Part shown: positions 53,590 to 64,000 of the stretch, one piece after another | How the letters are laid out: the number at the start of each line of letters is the position of its first letter | Position numbering within the stretch: the first letter of the stretch is position 1 | Source: Eledone cirrhosa | Lineage: Eukaryota | NCBI GenBank assembly: GCA_964016885.1 | Contig: OZ024757.1 | Span: 7,626,001 to 7,690,000 of the forward strand | Direction of reading: 5' to 3' | Length of the DNA: 64,000 bases | Notes under the pieces: generated by a model | The model's database searches: none | What the model saw: the letters and a program-made list of their open reading frames with translations, nothing else | What the model was told of the DNA's origin: nothing | Position numbers and translations under genes: made by a program

Positions 53590-54360
53590 ATTGTCTCCAC
53601 TCCAGGCACAAGGCCAGCAATCACCCAGTGCATTACAATAATATAATATACTTTTTGTTGTAGTTGGCTGTTATTGTTGTTGGCTATGCCGGTGGTGGTG
53701 CCGGGGCTTTTTATATTGTTGGTGAGGAAGGGGTGAGCCAGCAGTCCCATAATTGTTGATGTAGACGTTTGGCCGTGGCAAGGTCACCAAGTCAGTCTAT
53801 TTATATCTTTTGCTAGCCTCTCTCTTGTCTAGTGCTACCGTCACCTTCCCTTTTCTCTCTCAAGTTAACAGGGGAATAGTGTCAGTAGCATTGAATGAGT
53901 GGTGGCGGCGATGATGGATGTGGTGGGGTGGTGGCAGCGGTGGTGTTGTGGTTACTGATATAGTATCTATGAGTTTGTGTTCGTATGTTTAATATATATT
54001 TTCATTATATTTTGTGTTGACATATTCCCGTAAAATTTGAATTAAACATTTTTTAAAATTTGAGACAATAATACTAGTAATTATTATTATGATGCTGGTG
54101 ATATTATATTTAGTGTGATGGGATAGGTAGTGTATCAAGTGTATCAAGTTTCTGGTGTAGGTGAAATTGAAATTGCCGCTGTTCTATATAGTGTAGACAG
54201 AGGGTGTTTTGTTCCATTTATAACCATTTTCTTTTTTGAATACAAAATATATAATACAAAATTGAATATTTGAGCGATACAACAATATAATATGGATTCG
54301 AAACTTTATGGGACCTCATTCGGTGCCTTTATGCAACATTTGTGCTAAGAATAGTTCTTT
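53590..54360 (-). mobile_element. Copy of the family-A 5' leader module followed by a SINE-type 3' tail
   Basis: 54180-54355 closely matches 37921-38100 and 49190-49390; 53600-53635 is the SINE tail gcactgggtgattgctggccttgtgcc. Confidence 0.7.
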
Positions 54361-54364
54361 CTTA

Positions 54365-54502
<138 letters not shown>

Positions 54503-54710
54503 GGCGACCTACGTAGTAAATCGTATCATCGTGAGCTCCGCAAAGGTTTGTTATTTCCGTTTGTTAAAAATTGTCATTTATGGAAATTTTTTATTGTTAA
54601 CTGTTTATAAGCGCACATACATTGTTTTCCGAAAAGGACACCCAAAAAGATTGGGGCCTTGTGCCCAAAATTTAAACTTTTATTATTATCAAACAATTTC
54701 TTTGAAAAAA

Positions 54711-56683
54711 ATGGCTAATTCACCTCTGCACCAAGCAGCTGAAAGCCTTCCTCACAAAATAACACCTCACACCGACACCACCATTGTAAATGTTACTACG
54801 TTTGCCAACACAAAAAAAAATATAAGCACTAGCAATATTTTAAATTTGTCTCAGGCAGACATACATTTCCCGCCATTACCAATGACTGCAGGTGTTAAAG
54901 CCTCCACCACCACCACCACCACCACCATCGCGACAACCACCACTACCACCACCACCGCGACAACAGAAACAAAAGAAGAAAAAAATAAATTAACTCGTGA
55001 TGTCGAAATGAAATCAAGCAAAATGGACTCTTCCCCACCAAAGACGACTGACGTTACCACCACCACAACTGAAACTAAAATTAATATTAACGATAGCAAC
55101 ACCAACAACAATGACATTATAACCCCCCCCCCCTCAGTTTCGCCAGAGTAGCAAAACAATTCGAAGCATTTACGGTAACTCAGGAGGATTTAGAAAATGC
55201 CTAACAAATGGTAAAGAAAGATGGGTACAGGGTCAACCTCACCCCCCACCTAATAAAATGGAGCATCGGCGCCTATGCACCGTGTCGTATAGAACAATAA
55301 ATGTAAAATCGCGCCGAGTTGAACGGGCATCCGAGTCCCAAATCCAAAAAGCTTTGGGACATGTGTGGGCAAGAAAAACCCACATCAGACGTGGGCAAAA
55401 GTATGGAACAGTGGACGTGTTCTTTGAAACACCAGAGGAGGCTAGAGAACACTCCATGGCCCCATTAAGAAGTGACGACTTCACACTCGTCCCAAGCTAT
55501 TGTGGCCAGAGACTCGTAAAGATCAGGGTGACCCACGTTCCACCGGCCATCGAAATTCCCTGGCTAATAGAAGCCAACACAAAGATAATAGCAATAGCAA
55601 AAGAAAAGCAGGAGAACTGGTGCGGATCTGGGATGGAGCTCCTGATCCAAGCGGACCAAAAAAGCATTGAGGAGATCCCAGAGGTAATAGACCTCACTGA
55701 CGGCAGCCACCTCACGGTAATTGGCGAGGGCAGAAGACCTAGGTGTGTCGTTTGTGGTGAAGGAACCCACCTAAGGGCTTTCTGCCCTCAGGCTAAAAGG
55801 TTGAGGCCACCTCTCCAACCCACCCCAGTGACACAACCATCAACACCACCAGTAGCAGAGATGGCAGCAACAACTGTAGCAGCAACAACAGAAGCAACTA
55901 TAACAGCAACAACCCCAGCAACAGTAGAAAAACCAACACCACCACCACCACCAGCAAAACCAACACCACCACCACCCAACGCTTCAGAACTAGCACCAGC
56001 GCCTACACCATCCACCACGCCACAACCAAAACTAACGGCTGTGGAGGATTTTCCACTCCCCGGCCTATCACAACTGGAGACAGATTGTGACGACGAGGAG
56101 TGGGAAACGTATCCGGAAAAAAAAAAGAAACCAAAAAAGAAAAAATTCTCTTCCTTCCCCCTCCAAAAACAAAATACAGAGGGAAACAAATAAATTAAGA
56201 AACAAAAAAGTTAGGACAGATATGCCACCATCCACACCAGCATCACCAACCCCATCAACCCAAACACCAACACCATCACCATCATTAACCCCAACACCAC
56301 CATCACCTACACCACAAAAGTCATCAAAATGCGAAACAGAAACAAACGCACAACAAACGCAAACAAAACAGAACAACCAAAACGATACACACTACACAGC
56401 ATTAAATTTGAACAACAAGCAATTATTACACTACATCTAACACAACACCAGCATCACAGAAAAAGACAACAAAACAACCCCAAAATTCACACCACCTCCA
56501 CACATACAAATCACTCGCATCACACAGAAAACGTACATGACACTAAAACAAAAATTCCCCAAAGACATCGGAGACTTCCGACAAGCACTCTCCAGGAGGA
56601 TTTATAAGGACATCCTTCCTGAGGAGGCCACAACCAGTGAAAAGGATGGAAAAACCGTCCTTCCCCTACGAGAAGTAAGGTAA
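54711..56683 (+). pseudogene. Tx1-like ORF1 (RRM-like region, CX2CX4HX4C knuckle, Thr/Pro-rich), with stops and frameshifts
   Basis: MANSPLH start; RRGQKYGTVDVFFETPEEA; CVVCGEGTHLRAFC. Confidence 0.8.
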
Positions 56684-56717
56684 GTGGTCTTTCCCATCTT
56701 TTCCACTCCTTTTCAAC

Positions 56718-59115
56718 ATGACCTCACTCAGAATAGGCAGCATAAATGCGCGTGGCTTGGGGTCGTCATGGAAGCAGGGCCACCTGCTCAACGACCTCTG
56801 GTCACTAAACATAGATGTAGTGGCCATCAGCGAGACCAGAATCTCAGAAGCACAGGCTTTCGCACCGATCTTCGGCGGCTACGATGTGTACGCATCTCCA
56901 GCCGCCCGGGATCGGGGGGAGGAGTTGCTGTGCTTTTTCGGAGAGGTTTGGATCTTGCCATACGTGCCATCTTCCTGGACACAGAAGGTAAGTTGGTGGT
57001 GCTGGACGTGACCAGCGGAGACGGCCAAGCTTTCAGGTTAGTGGCCGTCTATGCCCCGACAGGAGCAGGGCGGCGTGATTTCTTCCGGCGTCTGGAGACC
57101 TTTCTTGGAACGTCCCGCTCTTTAGTGTTAGTGGGCGACTGGAACGGGATCTTAGATGCACGCTGGGATTGTGTGGGATTAGTGGATAGGGAAGGAGGGT
57201 GCAAGTGTCTCACCAACCTGCTCAGACGTTTTGAACTGTCTGACAGGTACCGAATGGATTTCCCGAATGTACCAATGTGGACTTGCACAAATCGCATAGG
57301 GTCATCCAGATCATATCTAGATAGAGTATTTTGTAGGGAAATAGATAGGTCTAGCATAGGCTGTCCACAATTCAAAATAGTCAGCTACACGGACCACGAA
57401 TTCGTGATCTGTGTGCTTGACTTAGATAGGCTTCATAGGCGAGGACCCGGCTACTGGAAGCTAAACGCGTCCTTACCATCGCGCAAGGCCTACAGAGACC
57501 GGATTAGCGAACTAGTTAAGCGGGCGTTGACGGGGGCCATCGTCAACATCAAGTGGTGGTTTGCTCTGAAAAGAGCAATTAGAATAGAGTCCATTAGGTT
57601 TAGTAAGACTTTAGCAATAGAGAAAAATAGAGCAGAGGGAGAATTAGTTAGAAAATTAGATGAGGCGCTTAGCAAAGGCATCGCGACCGACGTACTTGCG
57701 GCGAAATTGGCCCTTGACCAATTCTTCAATGCAAAGCACGAAGGCTGCGTTGTCAGAGCTAGGGTGCGTGCTCTCAGACACGAGGGGACGAAAGCCGTTC
57801 AATGGGCCCGAGTGGCGGAGGCACGTCGTGGCAACAAAGCCACGATCCGGTCTTTGGTGGACCACGACGGGCGCATGCTACTCGATCCCGGGCAAATGTG
57901 TGAAGCTTTTCAGCGACACTTCGCTCAACTGTTCGGGGGCAGTGGCGGGCCGGATCGAGGGATGGACTTTAGTGTCTACCTCGACGGACTGCCGCGGCTT
58001 TCGTCCACTGAGGCGATAACAACCACTGAAGTACGGGATGCAATGACTAGTTGCACAAGGGGTAAATCGCCTGGTTTGGATGGTCTGCCCTATGAACTTT
58101 ACGTACAAATGCCAAACTTGTTCGGAGGCCTCTTGGCGGACGTCTACTGCAACTGGCAACAGAACGGGAGAAATCCCTGCTCTGTGAGCCGAGGAGCGGT
58201 GGCGCTGCTGAGAAAGGATCCGAACAAGGGGGATAACAAAGATATTTTTAGGCCCATAACTCTGCTAAACACAGAGTTCAAGATTTTGGCCAAGGTGCTA
58301 GCAAAGAGGTTGGCGCTTGTCGTTGGTGGTCTGGTGGAAGAGGCACAGACATGCGCCATTCCCGACAGATCCATCCACGACAACCTCCACCTCATGCAAT
58401 ACATCGTAGAGAGGGTAGCTAGGGAACCTGGCACGGGTGGGTCTTTGATCAATTTAGATCAGTCGAAAGCCTTCGATAGGGTCGACCATCGTTACCTAGA
58501 GGCAGTCTTGAGGGCGGCTGGTTTTGGGCCCGTCTTCAGAGGCTGGATCGCTGCCATGCACAACAACATCTGCTCTGTGGTGAGAGTGAACGGTCACCTT
58601 TCGGAACCGTTCAACATCATGCGCTCGGTCCGCCAAGGATGTCCCCTCTCGTCCCTCTTGTACGTATTGACTCTCGAGCCATTACTGCACAAACTGGAGA
58701 CGTTGAGGGGGATCCCGCGCGAACTAGGATGCGGAAGATCCGTGTCAGCATATGCCGACGATGTCACCGTAGGGGTGTCGAACGCCAAACACATCGAGGC
58801 GATCGGCACTACACTAAGAGAATACGAAGCGGTGACAGGAGCAATGATCAACCAGGAAAAGTCAGTGGGCCTGCAGCTCGGCACCTGGAGAGGCAGGTCC
58901 ATGCCGTCCAACAGCGTCGTCGGGCGCTGGACAGACGGACCGGTTAAATTGCTAGGGGTCTAGTTCGGTCCAGACCTCCAGACGGACAAAAACTGGGACG
59001 AGGTGACGAGCAGGGTGGCTTCTCTCACCCAGAAATGGGCCGAGAGGAAGCTATGCCTGAAAGGTCGAGCGGTGGTGGCTAACGCGTACATCGCGTCCGT
59101 CATCTACTACCGCCT
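56718..59115 (+). pseudogene. Tx1-like ORF2: APE endonuclease + RT; frameshift near 56905, stop at 58963
   Basis: SINARGL, SET, GGGVAVL, VYAP, GDWN, SYLDRV, YTDH, WKLNAS, KSPGLDGLP, RPITLLN, LDQSKAFDRVDH, RQGCPLS, AYADD. Confidence 0.92.
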
Positions 59116-59117
59116 AC

Positions 59118-60112
59118 TAGTGTTTAGACTTGTGATGTACTTATATTGACAGAATCTTCCTTAGTATATGGGCAGTTCCCATTAGTACTATCTTTTGTAT
59201 TTCTCCTATACGCGGGTTTCCTGGGATTTGCGATAATTAATCATTAGTCCCCTTTGGTATCATTCCCAGAGCGCCTACAACCACTGGTATTGTTTTAGTT
59301 CTCAATTTCCACATTTTTCCAATTTCTATCTCCATGTCCTTATACTTGCTCAATTTTTCAAATGTTTTTATAGATACATTCTTGTCTATTGGAACAGACA
59401 TATCAATTAACAGGCATACCCTCTTTTGGAAGTCCTTCAATATTATATCAGGTCTATTTGCATCTATTTTTCAGTCTGTTTGGATGCTAAAGTTCCACAA
59501 GATTGAGATGTGATCGTTTTCAAGTATGGGAGGTGGTTGATGCTCCCACCAATTCTTTTGATTGGGAAGGTCAAAATGCTTACACATTATACAATGTATG
59601 TATTGTGCAGCTCTGTCATGCCTGTTTAGGTATTCGGTTGGAGCTATAGGACTGCACATTGAAATTATATGGTCAATGGTCTCTGGTTGTTTTTTGCATA
59701 CACGGCATAATGGGCTGCACCCATTTTTTATTATGTTGGCTTGGTAATTTTTTGTTGGCAGTCACTGATCTTGTGCTGATATAATCAGTCCTTCAGTCTC
59801 CGATTTCAGTCCAGAGGATGCCAACCACTGATGGGTTAAAGTGTTGTCAACATCAGGATTGTTAGCTCGCTCTGGGTATTTTCCATACAGAGGCTTTTCT
59901 TGCCATTTCTTAGCCAGTTTCTGTAGCAGTTCTTTCTTTGCAGTTACTTTTACCTGCTTTGCTTTTTCTGTGTTTTCCATTTCAGCAGTAAATGGGACTT
60001 CTGAAATTTGTAGTCCATTACTGTATCTTTGTGCATCTTTTGTAATGGAATATGATCTTTTGATGCTTTCGTGTTTCAAAACGAGTTTGATCATCCAATC
60101 ATGTGATTCCCT
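59118..60112 (-). mobile_element. Dong-like family B fragment lacking its last ~120 bp
   Basis: Matches 38300-39295; fused tail-to-tail to the broken Tx1. Confidence 0.9.
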
Positions 60113-60130
60113 TATTATTATTATTATTAT

Positions 60131-60370
60131 TTGCATTTATCTTACTTTATGTTTATACGAGTTATCACCAAGTCACAACCAGTGACCTCAAGAGACAACA
60201 AGGTCCGCCATGTTCAAGAAAGAACATACATATTCACACATGCATCCTTAGTGTTTAGACTTGTGATGTACTTATATTGACAGGATCTTCCTTAATATAT
60301 GGGCAGTTCCCATTAGTACTATCTTTTGTATTTCTCCTATACGCGGGTTTCCTGGGATTTGCGATAAGTA

Positions 60371-60372
<2 letters not shown>
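60131..60372 (-). mobile_element. Dong-like family B, short 3' fragment
   Basis: Matches 38183-38420; (TAA)n flanks. Confidence 0.9.
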
Positions 60373-60406
<34 letters not shown>

Positions 60407-63400
60407 GAATGCTATAGTTGACGGAGGCTCGGCTCTGTAAGGTATTGCACATTTTGAACGCTATAACAATTGTAAATTGTTAAAACTTTTACCAACTTGT
60501 AGACAAAAACACCCTCCTCCTCGTGAGACGGGTCTTTCTGCCTGTTATTTGGCCCTTCGGGGTTAAATAACTGCTTATTAGGGTTTTGTGCCCAATATTT
60601 AATTTAAACAAAAAAAAACAACATGGCTACGAAAAAGAAATTTCATAGGTCACTCCCACTCATTCCGACTTCTTCTTGCTCAATCGTCACTACAGCAGAG
60701 AGAAGATTGTCTCTCTCCCTCCCTTCTTTAAATGTGTCTCTCTCCCTCCCTTCTCTTTCGCAAGCGGCGACAGAAAAGAAAAGTCTCGTGCAAAGCGTGC
60801 AAGATTTCTCCACGACAACAACGACGACGAAACAGGTGTGCGGGAAATACGAAAACCCATTTCATTCGTCTGACGTCAGGAATAATAGCAGTAGCAGCCG
60901 TAATAACAACAGCAACAGTGACAATGAAAACAACAGCAGCAGCCGCAACAGCATCAGCAGCAGCATAAACAACAACAGCATTAGCAGCAGCAACAACAAC
61001 AACAACCACAGCAACAGCGGCGGCGGCAGTAGTCGTAGTACCTGCAGCAACAACAAAAGTAACAGCAGCTCAAAACTCAAAACGCCAACTAACATAAGAC
61101 TGCTAAAAATAGCACAGAAACAATACACAAACACTAAAACGAAATTCCCCAACGCAGTTGGTAATTTCAGAGACCTAGGAGGTACTATCAACCGAAGAGT
61201 ATATTCGGACATACTCATAGAAGAGCCGATGACCAGTAGAAGGGACGATTCAACGGTCCCTTCACCAGACGATCAAGTGAAAAGGGATGTAAAATCCATC
61301 CCTCCTCTACGAAAAGTACGGTAAGAGGTCTTTCTCATCTTTTCCACTCTATTTTAAACATGACCTCACTCAGAATAGGCAGCATAAATGCGCGTGGCCT
61401 GGGGTCGTCATGGAAGCAGGTTCACCTGCTCAACGACCTCAGGTTATTAAACATAGATGTAGTAGCTAGGGAACCTGGCACGGTTGTGTCCTTGATCAAT
61501 TTAGATCACTCGAAAGCTTTCGATAGGGTCGACCATCGTTACCTAGCGGCAGTCCTGATGGCGGCTGACTTTGGGCCCGTCTTCAGAGGCTGGATCACTG
61601 CCATGCACAGCGACATCTGCTCTGTGGTGAGAGTGAACGGTCACCTGTCGGAACCGTTCAACATCATGCGCTCGGTCCGCCAAGGATGTCCCCTCTCGTC
61701 CCTCCTGTACGTAGTGACTCTCGAGTCATTACTGCACAAACTGGAGACGTTGAGGGGCATCCCGCGCGAACTAGGATGCGGAAGATCCGTGTCAGCATAT
61801 GCGAACGATGTCACCGTAGTGGTGTCGAACGCCAAACACATCGAGGCGATCGGCACTACACTAAGAGAATACGAAGCGGTGACAGGAGCAATGATCAACC
61901 AGGAAAAGTCAGTGGGCCTGCAGCTCGGCACCTGGAGAGGCAGGTCCATGCCGTCCAACAGCGTCGTCGGACGTTGGACGGACGGACCGGTTCAATTGAT
62001 AGGGGTCTGGTTCGGTCCGGACCTCCAGACGGACAAAAACTGGGACGAGGTGACGAGCAGGGTGGCTTCTCTCACACAGAAATGGGCGGAGAGGAAGGTA
62101 TCCCTTAAAGGTCGAGCGGAGGTGGCTAACGCGTACATCGCGTCTGTCATCTGCTACCGCCTGACCGTCGTACCTTGTCCTAAGCCTCGCCTGACTGCGC
62201 TGGAGCGTTTGCTCTTTCGCTTTTTGTGGAAGGGACGCGCTCCGATGGTCAGGCGGTCCATCTGTTGTCAACACCCGCTACGTGGAGGGCTGGGCATGCC
62301 GTGGCTGATGATGCGCAGGCACGCGCTCAGGCTACGACATCTCCACCTCCTCCTCGACGGTGATCAGGTGTGGTCGCCGTTTGCTAGACACGTTTTTCCC
62401 CAGCTCCTTTCCTTGACGGAGCTGCAATCCTGGGTCAAGCGAATACCGAGAGGGAGCGCCTGGAGACTGGAATCTCTTCAGGCGCTCACACCCCTCGACC
62501 AATCGGGCAATGTGATCGGTGGAAACTCCACCTCGGCGTTCTATAGAGGATTAGTGGAGGGGAAGAGCGACGACGTACTTGGGGAACCTCTAGGCGTCGA
62601 CGAAAATTAACTAGCCAATCTCTTCGGAAGAACTTTCGGGCCAGGGCCTATGGACAACTTCCAGAAATCTCTGGCCAGGCAGTGCTACCGAGGAGCCTTG
62701 CCAGTTTGGGATAAACTCTACAGGCATGGAGGTGCCGTCAGCCGGGCATGTCCAAGATGCGCGCAGGGCGACGAAACCGTCCTGCATGCACTCGTCCAAT
62801 GTCCGAAAATTGCTGACTTGTGGGTTTATGTCGAACACCTGCTGTCGCGTTTAGGACGGATCCGGCTATCATCTGAGTCCATCGTAAGGATTGCCCCGCT
62901 CTCCTATTTTAGCCGGGAAGGGCAGACAGTTTTTATCTGTCTGGTGGCCATGGCGAAAGAGGAAGTATGGTGGACACGTTTGAAAGGGCTGAAGACGAGC
63001 ACTTACCTCTTCGGTGATGCTCTGATTGACTTTTTCAAATTTCATTTGAAAAGGAAAATCAGAGTAGAGAGGGAAGTGCTCTCTTCCCAGCATTTTGTTG
63101 AAAGATGGGTGAGAGAAGCAAGAATGGCCCGAGTGAATGGGCCTACTCTGAGTATATATCTGTAAATTAAAGGTGGAAAACTGGGAGACGGCACTTGCCT
63201 TGGTGGTCAGGGTCACTGTGGCTTTTTATTGGGATTTCTCCACAAATGTCCCTCCGAAGTCTCCCCCCTATTGGGGAATTTTTCATTTTTATTTTTGGTT
63301 ACATCCTCTGTTTTTGTTTTTTACACGCAGAAATGCCCATTTGTACCGTCCTGTATTGTCCTGCACTGTCCTTAATGTCTACTTTATGTAAAACCTTGTG

Positions 63401-63415
63401 GTTAATAAATAAATC
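60407..63415 (+). mobile_element. Tx1-like LINE, internally deleted derivative with both termini
   Basis: Short low-complexity ORF1 60623-61324; ORF2 61360-63165 lacks APE and early RT, keeps later RT and CPRC..HALVQC; (ATT)n on both sides. Confidence 0.9.
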
Positions 63416-63440
63416 ATTATTATTATTATTATTATTGTTT

Positions 63441-64000
63441 TTATTCCTTGAATCTCAGTTGGTTAACTGGAAAGTCCGTTGGAATGAATATCAAGCCACT
63501 ACCTGCAGCCTCAGATATTCAGGACGTATCGGAGGGTTCTTGCTGTTCCCAGCAAGCATGCCTTTTGAAGCGTTCCAAAAAGCGTGAAGGGGCCGATTTT
63601 CTTTAACCATCCCTGGAAACTTTTGGAGATAGTCCCCAGTGCGCCTATGACAATCGGGATCACTTTGACTTCATGGCAGTTCCAAATCCTTTTCACCTCC
63701 CACTTTAGGTCCTGGTATCGGTTAATTTTCTCCTTCTCCTTCTCTTGCACTCTCGTGTCGAATGGGCAGGCCACATCCACAATCAGACACGATCTTTTTT
63801 CTTTGTCCACAACCACCAGGTCAGGTCTATTGTGTTCCAGTTTCTTGTCCGTCTGTATCCTAAAATCCCACAGCACCTTCACCTGATCGTTCTCCGTCAC
63901 CGCCTCTGGCCTATGCTCATACCATTTCTCAGAATGTGGTAAATTGTTCACTTTGCACAGGTGCCAGTGGATCACCCTGCCCATCACATCGTGTCTCCAG
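63441..64000 (-). mobile_element. Dong-like family A 3' end, cut by the window
   Basis: Same RLE C-terminus and 3' UTR as the other A copies. Confidence 0.92.

Larger units (their letters stand above)
54503..59115 (+). mobile_element. L1/Tx1-like LINE with 5' UTR, ORF1 and ORF2; 3' end deleted
   Basis: Two-ORF layout beginning right after (ATT)n; breaks off at ctaccgcct. Confidence 0.92.

Noticed and set aside
60505-60575. ctcctcgtgag in the Tx1 5' UTR resembles the P3/L3 of an HDV-like ribozyme
   Set aside because: I could not find a G-initiated P1, the P1.1 GG or a matching P2 by eye

Overview
Eukaryotic, AT-rich, repeat-dominated animal DNA. The SINE and microsatellite content suggests a cephalopod (octopus-like) genome, which is an inference. 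No intact host gene is evident. There are two exons of a calponin/transgelin (myophilin-like) gene with in-frame stops, and a possible CCAAT promoter with a few spliced exons. Everything else is retroelements. 1-1.8 kb is an RTE-clade LINE remnant. 4.1-13.3 kb holds two divergently oriented Penelope-like elements (RT + C-terminal GIY-YIG) with hammerhead-ribozyme-bearing terminal repeats whose termini look swapped. Solo hammerhead fragments, many tRNA-head SINEs and a CRE-clade remnant are scattered through 13-31 kb. 33-64 kb is a ~31 kb nest built in one (ATT)n microsatellite: two R4/Dong-like RLE families (A and B, all on the - strand, one A copy with an intact 1130-aa ORF) and L1/Tx1-like APE elements (+ strand). 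The most interesting signals are (i) a 5' leader on the Dong-like family that resembles the Tx1 5' UTR/ORF1 start, recurs next to family B and is bounded by splice-like sites, (ii) two endonuclease classes using opposite strands of the same microsatellite, and (iii) a SINE whose 3' tail matches the Tx1 3' end. All alignments were done by eye and boundaries are approximate.
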